From: Lytechinus pictus
Taxonomy: Eukaryota
DNA length: 64,000 nt
Direction: 5' to 3'
NCBI RefSeq assembly: GCF_037042905.1
Contig: NC_087245.1
Location: 1,364,001 to 1,428,000 of the forward strand
The position numbers were made by a program, and so were the translations under genes. Under the pieces are notes generated by a model. That model saw nothing but the letters and a program-made list of their open reading frames with translations. It was not told the DNA's origin and did no database searches. Of this stretch, positions 26,701 through 38,600 are shown piece after piece (within the stretch, counting starts at the first letter, position 1; each line of letters begins with the position of its first letter).

Positions 26701-29700
26701 AATAAGTTGCAGCAATAAATATCTAATGCACTAAATCAGTTGTCAATCCAATTTTTCTAGTTCTTGGAGGAAAAAAATTGAATAAACCTAATTTCATATA
26801 ATAAAATACAAAAGAACAAGTGGAGATGTGACATCATCAGCCCACCTAATGAATATTCATGATGACTGTTTTCAAAAAGTATTGCTAAACTTTAAAATTC
26901 AATAACTTTGTTATTTGTTATCCGATTTTGATGATATTTTCGGCATTTTGCTCAGTGAATTCTACTCTATTTATTAGGCTATTCATACTTCCAGCCCGGA
27001 CCATCCCTTTAATGTTCCAAATGACAAAGAGTTTGATATAGATAATGTTAGCGATATGGTGTAGAACTTAATTGATTACACTCCCCTACTACACTCCCCT
27101 ACCTCAATGTGATGATCAATATTTCTTTTGTCATTACAGACAGTACTTGATTGAATAGGTAGGCACAAAGTTGAGATCATTCAGATAAAATCCAGACATC
27201 GATATCTGTCGTCACGTGACGCGATCGAGATCAACGAGGTATAGGCCTATACCACTGATTGTTGAAACGGCGACAGGTTGTTCATAGTTTTGATGTTAAA
27301 CGCGCTAGTATAATCTCACACTCTACAACACTCCACATAATACCAGAATGATGATACAGTCATACTTCTTGAAAGCCCCCCCCCCCCCCCCTTACGGAAA
27401 ATGAAATATCTCACAAATTTGACAATAACAATTACAAGAAAATATATATATTCACACTTTTTGCTGTAGATAATCTAAGCGTGTACTATGTAGGCCTATT
27501 GGTGAAGAGTATAATGCATTTTGAGTTTGCAAATAATTGCATGGAAATAATTATGATCATTATAATTATATTTAAAAAATGGTTTCACATAGAAGTAATG
27601 CCGAAAATTTGTTTACAAATTATAATTTATTTTATTAAATCGCTGTCCGGAAAGCAGTAAATAACAGGTTCGAATCCCACTGGTTCCAATTTTTTCTGAC
27701 TTATGATTTTCATTACAAATCGAGCATGCGATCTTCAACACATAGGAGTTATGCCGAAAATTTGTTTACAAATTACAGTAGTTTCATACAGCAATATGAG
27801 TTTTCAAATATAAAATAGGAAATCTGAAAGAAAAATGAAATAATCGGTGGTTGTCGCAGTGCCGTAGAAGAAGGCCTATACTCCAAAGCATTTTAAGATC
27901 ATTCGAAAATAATATTAAGCATCTCGTGGGTATTTGTAAGAATTGCATGCACGAAAAATCCTTAGAAAACTTTGGGAAGCTTAAACTGTGTCAGGGACAA
28001 TAATCATTTGATAAGGATCCGTGTCACCACTCTAGAGTAATACTGGCGACAGGGACATCATGTACAAAGACCTAATTTGTCCTAATGTCATTCTTTCAAA
28101 TCCACAACTAGATTCACTTTGAGATGATCTTCTATCGTGTCATTTACATACCCTCATTCTTCTCATTAACGCGATATCACTTATCACCATCTTTGATATG
28201 ATGTAATTATAGTCTTCTTAATTTATTTGTTAGTGACAAATGAACAATAAACTTTTCTTCACTAGTTCTTTTCCAGACTTCATGGAAAAAGTTCGAGCCT
28301 TACGTCTTCGTGATGACATTAAAGGTTGTTCCCTGATGTAAATACTCATAACTGATTGAAGCACGTCTGTAAATTACACAATTACGCATTTAGCATTCGA
28401 ATACTTTTTATACCTTTTTTCTTTCTTTGCTCTGTCATCATTTTGTTCCCTTTTAAAGTTAAAAATCTTAATAAAACATTTTTTTCGATTAATTATTTTG
28501 AACTAAAACAATCCTGAGGGAAAAAGATTAATTTGTGTATTGTATTTACGTTGTAACTCAAAATATTAGAATACAGTACATCTACATGCCAATAAAACAT
28601 CGTTTGCAAAAATAGGAATATATTGGCATTCGATCATGAGTCTCTGTCAACGAAGATTTATTTTGCTTTATCCCCATCCAAAGGAAATTGATGAGTTCCA
28701 AACAAGACATTACACCACCACACCCCCCCCAAAAAAAAAAAATTACATCAATATAAAACATATTATACCCACATACAATCATCAATATTATATTGTATGC
28801 TCGATGTTGTGATGTAAGTAGCCCGCTAATAGGCTTTCAACTAAATGCATTCGTTGTCTATTCAAGGACAAAGTTAATACCAAGTTGAGTGATATTATTA
28901 TTCGGGTAAGAAATAAGTGGGTAGAGATACACGGGGTAGGTGCGTATGAGGGCCGAGGTACAAACGGTGCCCTATTTATGATTTTCTGCAACTGAGCGAG
29001 GAGAGCGAGCCAAAAATTATACAAATTTATTTTGTTGGAATTGTGTGGGTTTTTTTCTCGCTTGCTCGTATTAATTCTCTTATTTTGTTCAAATCAGTCA
29101 TATTTCGGGGAGGGGGCGTTGTATAATAACGATTAATTGCCATTTGAGGAAATTGAGTATCTGAATATAAAAACGGCCCAAGTCCAATTTTGGGCGAAAT
29201 TGAGTTAAATATGGGAAAATGTTCCTTATACAATGACTTATCTTGTGTATAAATGATAAATCTGAAATCATCTCAGAAATGCCCTAAATAAAGGAGGAAA
29301 CTTTAGTATGAGTGTAAGAAAAGCCCAAGTCTAGGACTTGGGCTTTTCTTATATTCATACCATAGCGCCCTCTCTCATTACTTGTACTACTTACTACACA
29401 CAACTGGGCGTTGTGGCGTGCGCCTGTAATCCAAGCTGTGGGGAAGTTACAAATTGATGCAGAGGTTCGAGCCCTGGTCACGTCTCTCGGACGGTGACGT
29501 TAAAGGTCGGTCCCAGACGTAAATAATCATATCTGATTGATACACGTCTGACAAAACTCAAATACACACACACACACACACACACACTGTAAAAAATTTC
29601 CGAATCAGTATTTGACACTTAATGTATTTAAATAAGTAAAATTTACAATTTGTAATTATTTTTCGTTTTTTTAAGTAGTTTTAACTTGTCTTTTAATTCA

Positions 29701-32700
29701 CTTGATTTACTTGATTTATTTGGTTTCAATATACATTTAGGAAAATTCACGTATTGCTAGCTTGCTTTGATTGAGTAAATCTAACTCAATTAGGCAAAGA
29801 TGATTATTACTTATAAAATCATGTTGAATGTATTTATATTTTTCAATTAACGCCTTATTCAAATAATGCATGAATATTCATTAGAGCAAGTTAATGGTTT
29901 TTTAACAACTGTCATATCTATTTGTGTTTGAAATTGTTTTGGATAAGGGCGTGCTAACTATTTTATTCTTTTCTTGAATCAAAGAAAGAGCAACATTAAA
30001 TAGTCATTTAGCAGAAAATTTCAGATTTCTTTTTAGGTTTTCGGAAAATGCTTATATTATTTTCACTGTTTTATTTGTAAGAATGAAACGATCGCGTATA
30101 AATATCAATGTCAGTACCTATACATGTACAAGTAAGTGACAATGCACAAAGTCTAATATTTGGATAAAAGATGTCTAAGATGAAAAAAAAAGTGGGACGA
30201 TGGGGGAGCGAAAGTCCACTCCCCCATTTGATTTTTTTCAAATATTTTAGTGATTGTTTTACTTAATTGAATTAAGTTATTGTAACTTAATTTTCTTGAG
30301 TAAAATGGATGCACAGAAAATAAGTAAATTTTACTTAAAACTGCCAAACTCATAAATACTTGAAAAAATTAAGGCAATTTTTTGCCACAATTTTTTTTGA
30401 GTAATTTCAACTAATTTTTTTTTACAGTGTACAAAAGTCTACCATGAATGTAAGAATGACCCAAGTCCATTTGATTCTAAAAACGACCCAAGTCCACCAG
30501 ACAAAAGGCCCAACCCACAAGTAAGGTGAATATTAATGTTCATTAAAAAATGTACGCTTAAAATTGTTTTATGATGTTTTTTCAGCCAAATATACTTTAA
30601 TTGCCCAAATTTAAAAAGTATCAATTTTTTCGATTTTTTCTCGAAATGACCTCGTATGGACTTGGGCCTTTTTTATGTTCATATACTCAATTTTGTCTTT
30701 AATCATTTCATTGGTACTACATCAAACGAATCTCCGATTTTGATTTGTTTTTATAATGTTGCTATCATTATAGGCCTACATATGCAATGATGGTAAAGTA
30801 ACCTTCATTTAGAAGCTGAAACGTGACCCGGAATAAGTTTCCTGATACGCTAGGGGGGAGGGGCATTAATCCAGGGAAAGGGGTGGGCTTGGCCTTCCAT
30901 AGATCCATTTGACCCGTGTGATATAATTTGTCAAAAATGGTTTGGCAACTTTTGACCTCTATTTTTTCTTGGCATGACTTCTGCACACCACCCCACGTAC
31001 CCCCTTCACTGTTCGATCCTTGCCCCCCGGCCCTCTGCGGGGCCCTCTGGCTCCCAATGTACATCTGCATGGTAAAGTAGTTTTTCGCTAATGACATGGA
31101 TGATACCAGCGATGAGTACGTAACGACTTTACAAGACGTCCTGCATATGAACTTTTATTGAACTTGAATACACTCAATGAGACAGGAGCCATCGTCTTTT
31201 AAAAACCCAGACGGATAATGATGACATACAATAGAGTCAAAAAATTTATTATCCATTCGTAATAACCTACCGCCTGATGATCGATAGATGTATCCAATAT
31301 TGTACCATCAATTATTGTCAGTGAGTTCTGAATATTGATGAATAAGACATTACACATGTTACAAGTGGTGGGAACCGTTCATGATAACTGGACATGCATA
31401 TCTAATTTATTCTGCTCGCGGATCTACTGGTGGTATGACTGTAGAGTAATCAACAAAACAATTACTCTGAGTGTGAATTGGAAGAGGATCAAACCCAAGA
31501 CCGGCCTCCATTCATTATTTCTTGTTCTTCCCCTGAGCGTACACGCCAGGACATTTCACATTATTGTGCAAGCGATCCAGGGCACTGGGAACGATTTTTT
31601 TACTGTGGGTGCTGATGCAATTTTGACAAGCAAAACAAAGGGAGTTTCACTACAAAATATAGGTCATTTTGGTTACATTTCTCCATTATATAACACCTAT
31701 CAGAATGACATGGGGTGCTGTCTATGGAAAATACTACACACAGCACCTCCTTTAACACCCCCGCTCCCCAGGGCCATGAAGCGATACCACGCTTTGATCA
31801 ACATCAATCAAATCGTTATGTTAAAATTCAAGTTAAAAATCTATTTGAAACTTTTCATAAAAATCCCCAAAAATTGCAACATACATTTTATTATGCAATC
31901 AAAACAATTACAATATCAAAGACTGTTAGACTGATAGTGTGAAGTACAACCATGTTAGTAAAATGAAGAAAACGAGAGAAACTCATTGGTATCATGCCAA
32001 AATGCACTTTCCTAATTTATGTGCGCATTCCACACTATGCATTTTTGTTCTTCACCCAAAACGACCTTTAATTTCACTTCCAATGTTCCAGAAGTCACCT
32101 ATATTTCTGTCAGGGGTAACTGATGTGATCTATTTCTATCTTATCACAAAACCAAAACAAACACTAAACACCAAACAATCAAGGGGAATAAAACGATTTG
32201 TTTTGAATTGTTTTGAAGCTCTAATTAGTCTGAAGAATAAAGCACACAAATTAAACTCTGAAGTTCAGCATTTGATCAACAAAGGTTACGATACTGTTAA
32301 TCTCGTAGACAATTATTAATATTCTGAACGTTATTTGACGGTTGGGTTCGATTTGAGTTCGAGGAGTCACTAAGAGTTTAAAGACACTATGGAGTAATAA
32401 TCTAAGACGTGTGAGTGGTGCTTTGATTATACCCCAATCAATAAATTAAAGCACGTGCTCTCAATAAAATATCCTAGATGTGATAAGAAGTGTTTGCTAG
32501 TCAAACAGAAAGAGCTACTTGATTTATAATGGAAGCAAGAGGAATACCTGCTGAAAAAAAAACAATGTAAGCTTCCATGAAATATGTTAAATTAATTATT
32601 ATATGTTACAAGTAAGTAACGAGTCTGTAGAGTGTGATGGGGTGTGTGTGTGGGGGTTTGGGTGCTTCTGTGTGTTTGTGTGTTTCTGATGAATCTGATG

Positions 32701-35563
32701 ACGGCACAGAGGGTTAAATTGGGATTTTTAAAGATTTATTTCTTGTATATTTCGCATAATTTGTATGTATCTTGATTAACAGGGCCCGATTGCAAACCAG
32801 CTTTTTATCTTTGTTAATGTTTTTATCGTGTATAGCTGAATTGGTTACCATGTATAAAGATGTGAAATAAATAAATAAAATGCCTCTTTCTCGTATCTTT
32901 GAAAATATATAAACATATAAAAACTCTGCTTTTTCATCAATAATCTTTACTGGTATTATTATTTTTTTCATTGTGGTGAAACGATGTGACATGATATTAT
33001 TTTGCAAGTGTGCTATACAATAAAGATATTGTTATTACCATTATTATCGTTATTATCTTATTGTTACTATTTTACTTAATTTGTTATTCTTATTTTTATT
33101 TATTTAATTATTCATGTATTATTACTTTTATTTATTATTGGGGGGGGGGGTAATGTCTTATGTTAGTTGAAATCATTTTCCATTTATTTGCCGATTTAAG
33201 GTTACAAGAATGGCATGTTCAGGGGAATCAAACTTTGTTTCACATTGTATTGAGGAGACAAATATTTCGAATTTCGTATATTTTACATAAACACAAAAAT
33301 AGTGAGCAATCGAATAGATTTATGAAATAAATGATCAATTTATGAAATAAATGATCAAGGGCTCTCCGTCCATACAAGTCATAGGGAGGGTCGAAGCAGA
33401 TATATGGAAGGATTCAGGGGCGGATCCAGCTTTTTATAAAGGGGGGGTTGGGGTGGTATGCGAGGGAGCGTAGCGAACGAGTCCAAGCGAGCGGAGCGAG
33501 CGAGGGGGGAGGGTGTGGGAGGGGGGTGTCCCCCCTCCCACAGTAGGGACATTTTTTGAAAATCTGTGTGTGAAAATGGCGTTTTCTTGCATCTAAAACA
33601 CCACTCTTTTTGGTATAGAGGTCGTTGCCAAATTAACCCCCATGAAAATTTGTAAAATTAAGTTTAAAAAAAAAGATAAGATTTTAAAAAATGGTCCCCG
33701 GATTTTTTTTTTGGGGGGGTTGCAACCCCCCCTCTAGATCCGCTTCTGGGATTAGAAAATAAAAGGGAAAGAACTCAGGGAAATATAATTCCATGGAATT
33801 TAGGGTGGGGGGGTGAACGAAGGAAGAATGAAATTTGGTATTTTAGAGTTCTTTTCAGTGAGAGTGACTGGTTGCTTTTAATAGCATTTTACAGTCTTTG
33901 AATCTCCATAAATGATTGGCGAAGCCATATTTTTTCCTTCCCCCTTAGATGCCACCGCTTCAAGAATTGTTCATTTGAAGGATTGATTCAAACTATTACA
34001 TTTCTTCTTTTTTTTTTTTTTTTTTTTTTCCTAATATGCATTGATCTATAATAAACATGACTAAATGCCATCACTTCTACAGTTCTTTGTCGGCAAATAT
34101 TGTTCGAATTGAAAACAAAACTGTAAGAAATCAGTCATTTAAACGAGTGCGGGGCTTGAAAGATACTATACACGTGTAGCTCCGTGGACAGCTACGATAT
34201 GAAAGTTACTTCATACGTGCGAACGCGCCGTTTTTTTTCTATTGCATTACTACTGTGTGGCATATAGTCACGTGATTGAGTGATATATAGTCACGTGGTA
34301 AAGTGACATTGGGAATGATGATGGATATAATAAAGCTACACATAATAGATAATGTACGCGTGTCAATGACAAAGCCACCAGCGCATTTTTTGAAAGGGCA
34401 CTTATTAGAGTATGCCTTCTGTTTCCTTATCAAAATGATCCTGTCGCAGATCATACTCGGTATGATCATTATCAAAACATACACTTTAAATCTATGAATG
34501 TTCACCCAAATGAGATTATACAGATCTTAATGAAGCCAAGGATACAAAAATTTGGAAAATGATAACCCGTAACTGAAGGAAGGCATTTCAGAGAAGTAAA
34601 ACAAAGGAACAGGAGTGTTGTTTGGTTCTTATCCTTGTAGCCCGTAAGAAATATATTTTACATTAGCTAGCAAATCCGCCATATCATAAACATAACCTCT
34701 ATATTTCATCAAAATCATGGAAAAAATCATTAATGTCATATCTTTTTTATTCTCATCGGAATTGGATAATATTTTCATTGTGTTGCTCTTTTGATTTTAA
34801 TCACTGCATTGAGTACTCCTTTAATCAGTGATACAATAACCATGGAGCCATTAGTAGCTCCATGCAATAACCTACGTAATGTCTACGACAATCCTGAAGC
34901 CTAGAAGCACATACCCCCCGCCCCAATCCTTGTAAGAGATAAATCCAGAACTACCAGCAGAAGAAATAAGAAATGATATATTAAATTTCAAGTTTCCTTT
35001 ATTTCATATTACACAAATATAAAATAATAACCATACAAATCAATACAAAGGAATATACTATGTAAGCAATAAGACCATACAAGGGAAATAGATAAATGTT
35101 TCCGGTAGGCAATAAATAATTATTATAATCAGACACTTATGATGCATACAATGAGGGTAAAACTAAATATAGAACAATCTCCATTAAACATCTGCAATGC
35201 TATTTTTATTTATATTTTTTAATAAAATGAAAGTTGGGAGAAATGGAGGGATCTACTGAAAAGCAGGGCTTGTTAAACATGGATCCCTCAAAGAATTTGA
35301 TAAAGATAGATTAGTAGGTATAAGTATAGCGTACGAGAAGTAGGGGGGTAATAAAGTTGATGTGATGGTTGATAAATGGAATATGGAGTTAATGGAGGAG
35401 AATAAAGAAAAAAGTAATCCGAGAGGATACTTGGTGTGGATGAAAGAGGGAGACATAGAGAGAGAGAGAGGGGCAGTGGCGTACCTAGGATTTTCAACAA
35501 CAAAAAAAAAAAAAAAAAAAAAAAAGGTCTTCAATAAATTTCGTACCAGAAAAAAATTTGACA

Positions 35564-35606
<43 letters not shown>

Positions 35607-38600
35607 TCTTCAACCTCGTCAGTCGGGAGGGGGGGGGGGGCAAAAAAGTTCTTTTAAGCTCGTCAGGGGGGGCAGGTATATGTCTTTTGTATGGGTTGTG
35701 ACTCGTCAGGGGGGCAGAGTGCCCCCCCTGCCCCCCCCCCGTAGGTACGCTAGTGGAGAGGGGGGAGAGAGAGGGGGGAGAGGGAGGAGGGAGGGGAAAA
35801 GCCAACATCACAAGGGAAGGAAGAAAGTTGGGTACCGATCGCCCAATTAGTCCAGGATAGGCCCCATAGACAAGGGGTCGAACCTTGTTTTTTTAGATAT
35901 ACAATGTTTTTTTATGGTTTCTTGTCAATTCGAGGGTGCTGATTCCGAATCTGAATGATGCCACTTTTGTAACCTTGAGCATTTTCCGCAAATTGGCAAA
36001 ATCCAATATGGCCGCCAAAATATGCAAATTACCCATGAAAATCATAAAATTGCCCACACATTAGCTATAAAATGCATGTAGTTGTTGTGCAGAAGTGAAA
36101 TACCAATTGGAAAAGCGATATTTGACAAAATATTTATTTTATTGATATTCAAAATGGCCGCCATGACCCCTGTATACTTTATTATGTAGAATATGAATGA
36201 GGAAAAACATTTTTTTTAAACAAGAGCACTATTATTGCATGTGATTGTGACCTGCGAGTGGACTACTGTCTGATAACATGACTATTAACAAAACTATGTC
36301 ATTTGTATACTATCTAATGTGATAAATGCTGTATTATGATATTCAAAATGGCTGTCATAGACCCCTTATACTGTGTACAATATATAAAAGGGGACAAATA
36401 ATTTTCACAACCTTTGAATTTGTTTGACTTTAAAATGCCAATAACTGCGAAATATTGGTGTAACACTGTCTGACAACAAGGATTTCTAACAAAACATATA
36501 ATTTCCCTTGCAATTTCGGTAATTATGCTGCATGTTGACATTCAAAATGGCTGCCATAGGCCCTATCTGTATTATGAACAAAGCGAATGAAGAAACTAAT
36601 TTTCACAAGAGTAAAAACAATAAAATGAATGTAATTGTAATCTACGAGTGAAATATTGTCTAAAAACATGTTTTCTGGCGAAACATATCATTTCCTTTTT
36701 CATGCATGAGATAAATGCTGTATTGTAAAATTCAAAATGGCCCCTATGGGCCCTTACAGTATTATCTACAATGTAAATGGGGACAAATACTTTTGAAAGA
36801 ATTAGGATTAGCCTGACTATGAAATCCATATAATTTTGTTGTATAAGGAAAATATTGTTTGATTTTTTTAATGAAACATAACATTTCCTCTCCCATGTAG
36901 GTGATAAATACTATATTTTGACTTTCAAAACGGCCGCACAAGCCCCTACAAATTCTGTAACATGCATATAGGGAAACTAATAATCACCAGAATGAGAACC
37001 AAAATCGCACGTAACTATGTGATGTATAGGTAAAATTTGGTCTTGAACATGATTTTTGACTAAATACATCACATAATGGTTGAGAAGGTAATAAAGGCCT
37101 TACTTTGAAATTCAAAATTGCTGCCATAGCCCAAAGTAGTATGTACATTGTAACTGGGGACAGATCATTTTGACAAAATTTTTACTATGAAAATGGCTTA
37201 ATTTTGATGTAAGTGTTAAGTATTGTCTAAACCCAATGATTTCTAACGAAATATATCATAGCTTGTGTCATAAAGGTGATGAATGCTGCCTTTTAAAAAT
37301 GAAAAATTGCCGCCATAGTCCCTTATCTTAATATGTAAACTTTGAATGGGGAAAGATAATTTCCACAAAGAAACATATTGCAGCCATTTTGAAATTTAAA
37401 TATAGCATTTATCACCTAAATAACATAAGAAATTATCTATTTGTTTAGAAATCATATTTTCAGACGGTATTTCACTCATACATGCAACACCATTTAGTCA
37501 AGCAAAGCCAAATTCTGTTAAAATTATATGTTCCCATTCATAAAGTACATAATATGCCTACCGTTAGGGCCTGTAGCGGCCATTTTGACTTTCAAAATAC
37601 AATATTTATCACCTACCTGGCAGAATGAATGATATATCTTGTTAGAAATTATGTTTTCAGACAATATTTTACTCTTAAATCACAATTATATGCATGTTAT
37701 GGTGCTGACTCCTGTGAAAATTGGTTTCCCAGATCGATTGTATATACATAATACAGTCAATGTCTTTTGGCGGCCATTTTGAAAGTCAAAATACAATATT
37801 TAACCCAAATATGAAACCCGAATAATATATTTCGTTGCAAATTATATTTGAAGACAGTATTCCACTAATTTACCACGAAAAATACGTTTTAGTGCTCACC
37901 TTGTGATTGTTTTTGTCCTCTCTCACATCGTAGATCATAATTTTAGGGCCTTTGGTGGCCATATTAAATATCAAAATACAGGGTTTATCACATACATGGC
38001 ATGTTAAATAATAAATTTCGTTAACAATAATGTTGTTAGTCAGTATTCCACTCGTTTATCTTAACAAAATGCATTTTAGTGCTCACTCTTGTGATTTTTT
38101 TGTGTCACAATTCACATTGTACATAATAGTGTTAGGGCTTTGGGAGGACATTTTGAATATCAAAATACAGGATTTATCACATAACTGACATAACAAATGA
38201 TATATATCGTTAGCAATCATGTTTTCAGACATTGCTTCACTCATAGATCATAATTACTTGCATTTCAGTGCTCAATTTTGTAAAAATTAATTTTCCCCAT
38301 TCATATTGTACAGGGGTCTATGATGGCGGCCATTTTGATATCAAGAAAATAAATATTTTGACAAAATCATTTTTTCAGATATTATTTCACTCCGGCAGCA
38401 CAATTGCATGTACTTTATAGCCAATGTGTGGACAATTTTATGATTTTCATGGGTAATTTGAATATTTTGGCGGCCATATTGGATTTTGCCAATTTGCAGA
38501 AAATGCTCAAGGTTACACGAGTGGCATCATTCAGATTCGGAATCAGCACCCTCGAATTGACAAAAAACCATCAAAAAACATTGTATATATAAAAAAACAA

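Larger units (their letters stand above)
29155..30688. mobile_element. Non-autonomous DNA transposon with GAG...CTC ends (Sola-like), host to two nested insertions
   Basis: About 32-bp TIR GAGTATCTGAATATAAAAACGGCCCAAGTCCA and its inverse; AATT on both flanks; internal CCCAAGTC motifs. Confidence 0.7.

Noticed and set aside
27660..27690. GGTTCGAATCCCACT as a tRNA gene
   Set aside because: Only a T-arm/B-box fragment; no cloverleaf can be built.
28277..28324. Plus-strand exon-like segment (DFMEKVRALRLRDDIK)
   Set aside because: Mostly overlaps the decayed SINE copy; splice-like signals are probably chance.
29403..29470. A functional 7SL RNA gene
   Set aside because: Similarity stops after about 45 nt; no S domain or oligo-T terminator; continues as SINE body.
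35253..35850. Poly-Lys/poly-Phe/Gly-rich ORFs (also 7255-7597, 22722-22994, 56243-56584)
   Set aside because: Derived from homopolymer tracts in MITEs and low-complexity DNA.
36100..38400. Regularly spaced motif array as CRISPR-like
   Set aside because: Eukaryotic context, spacers are homologous to each other, period about 190 bp, enclosed by transposon TIRs, no cas genes.
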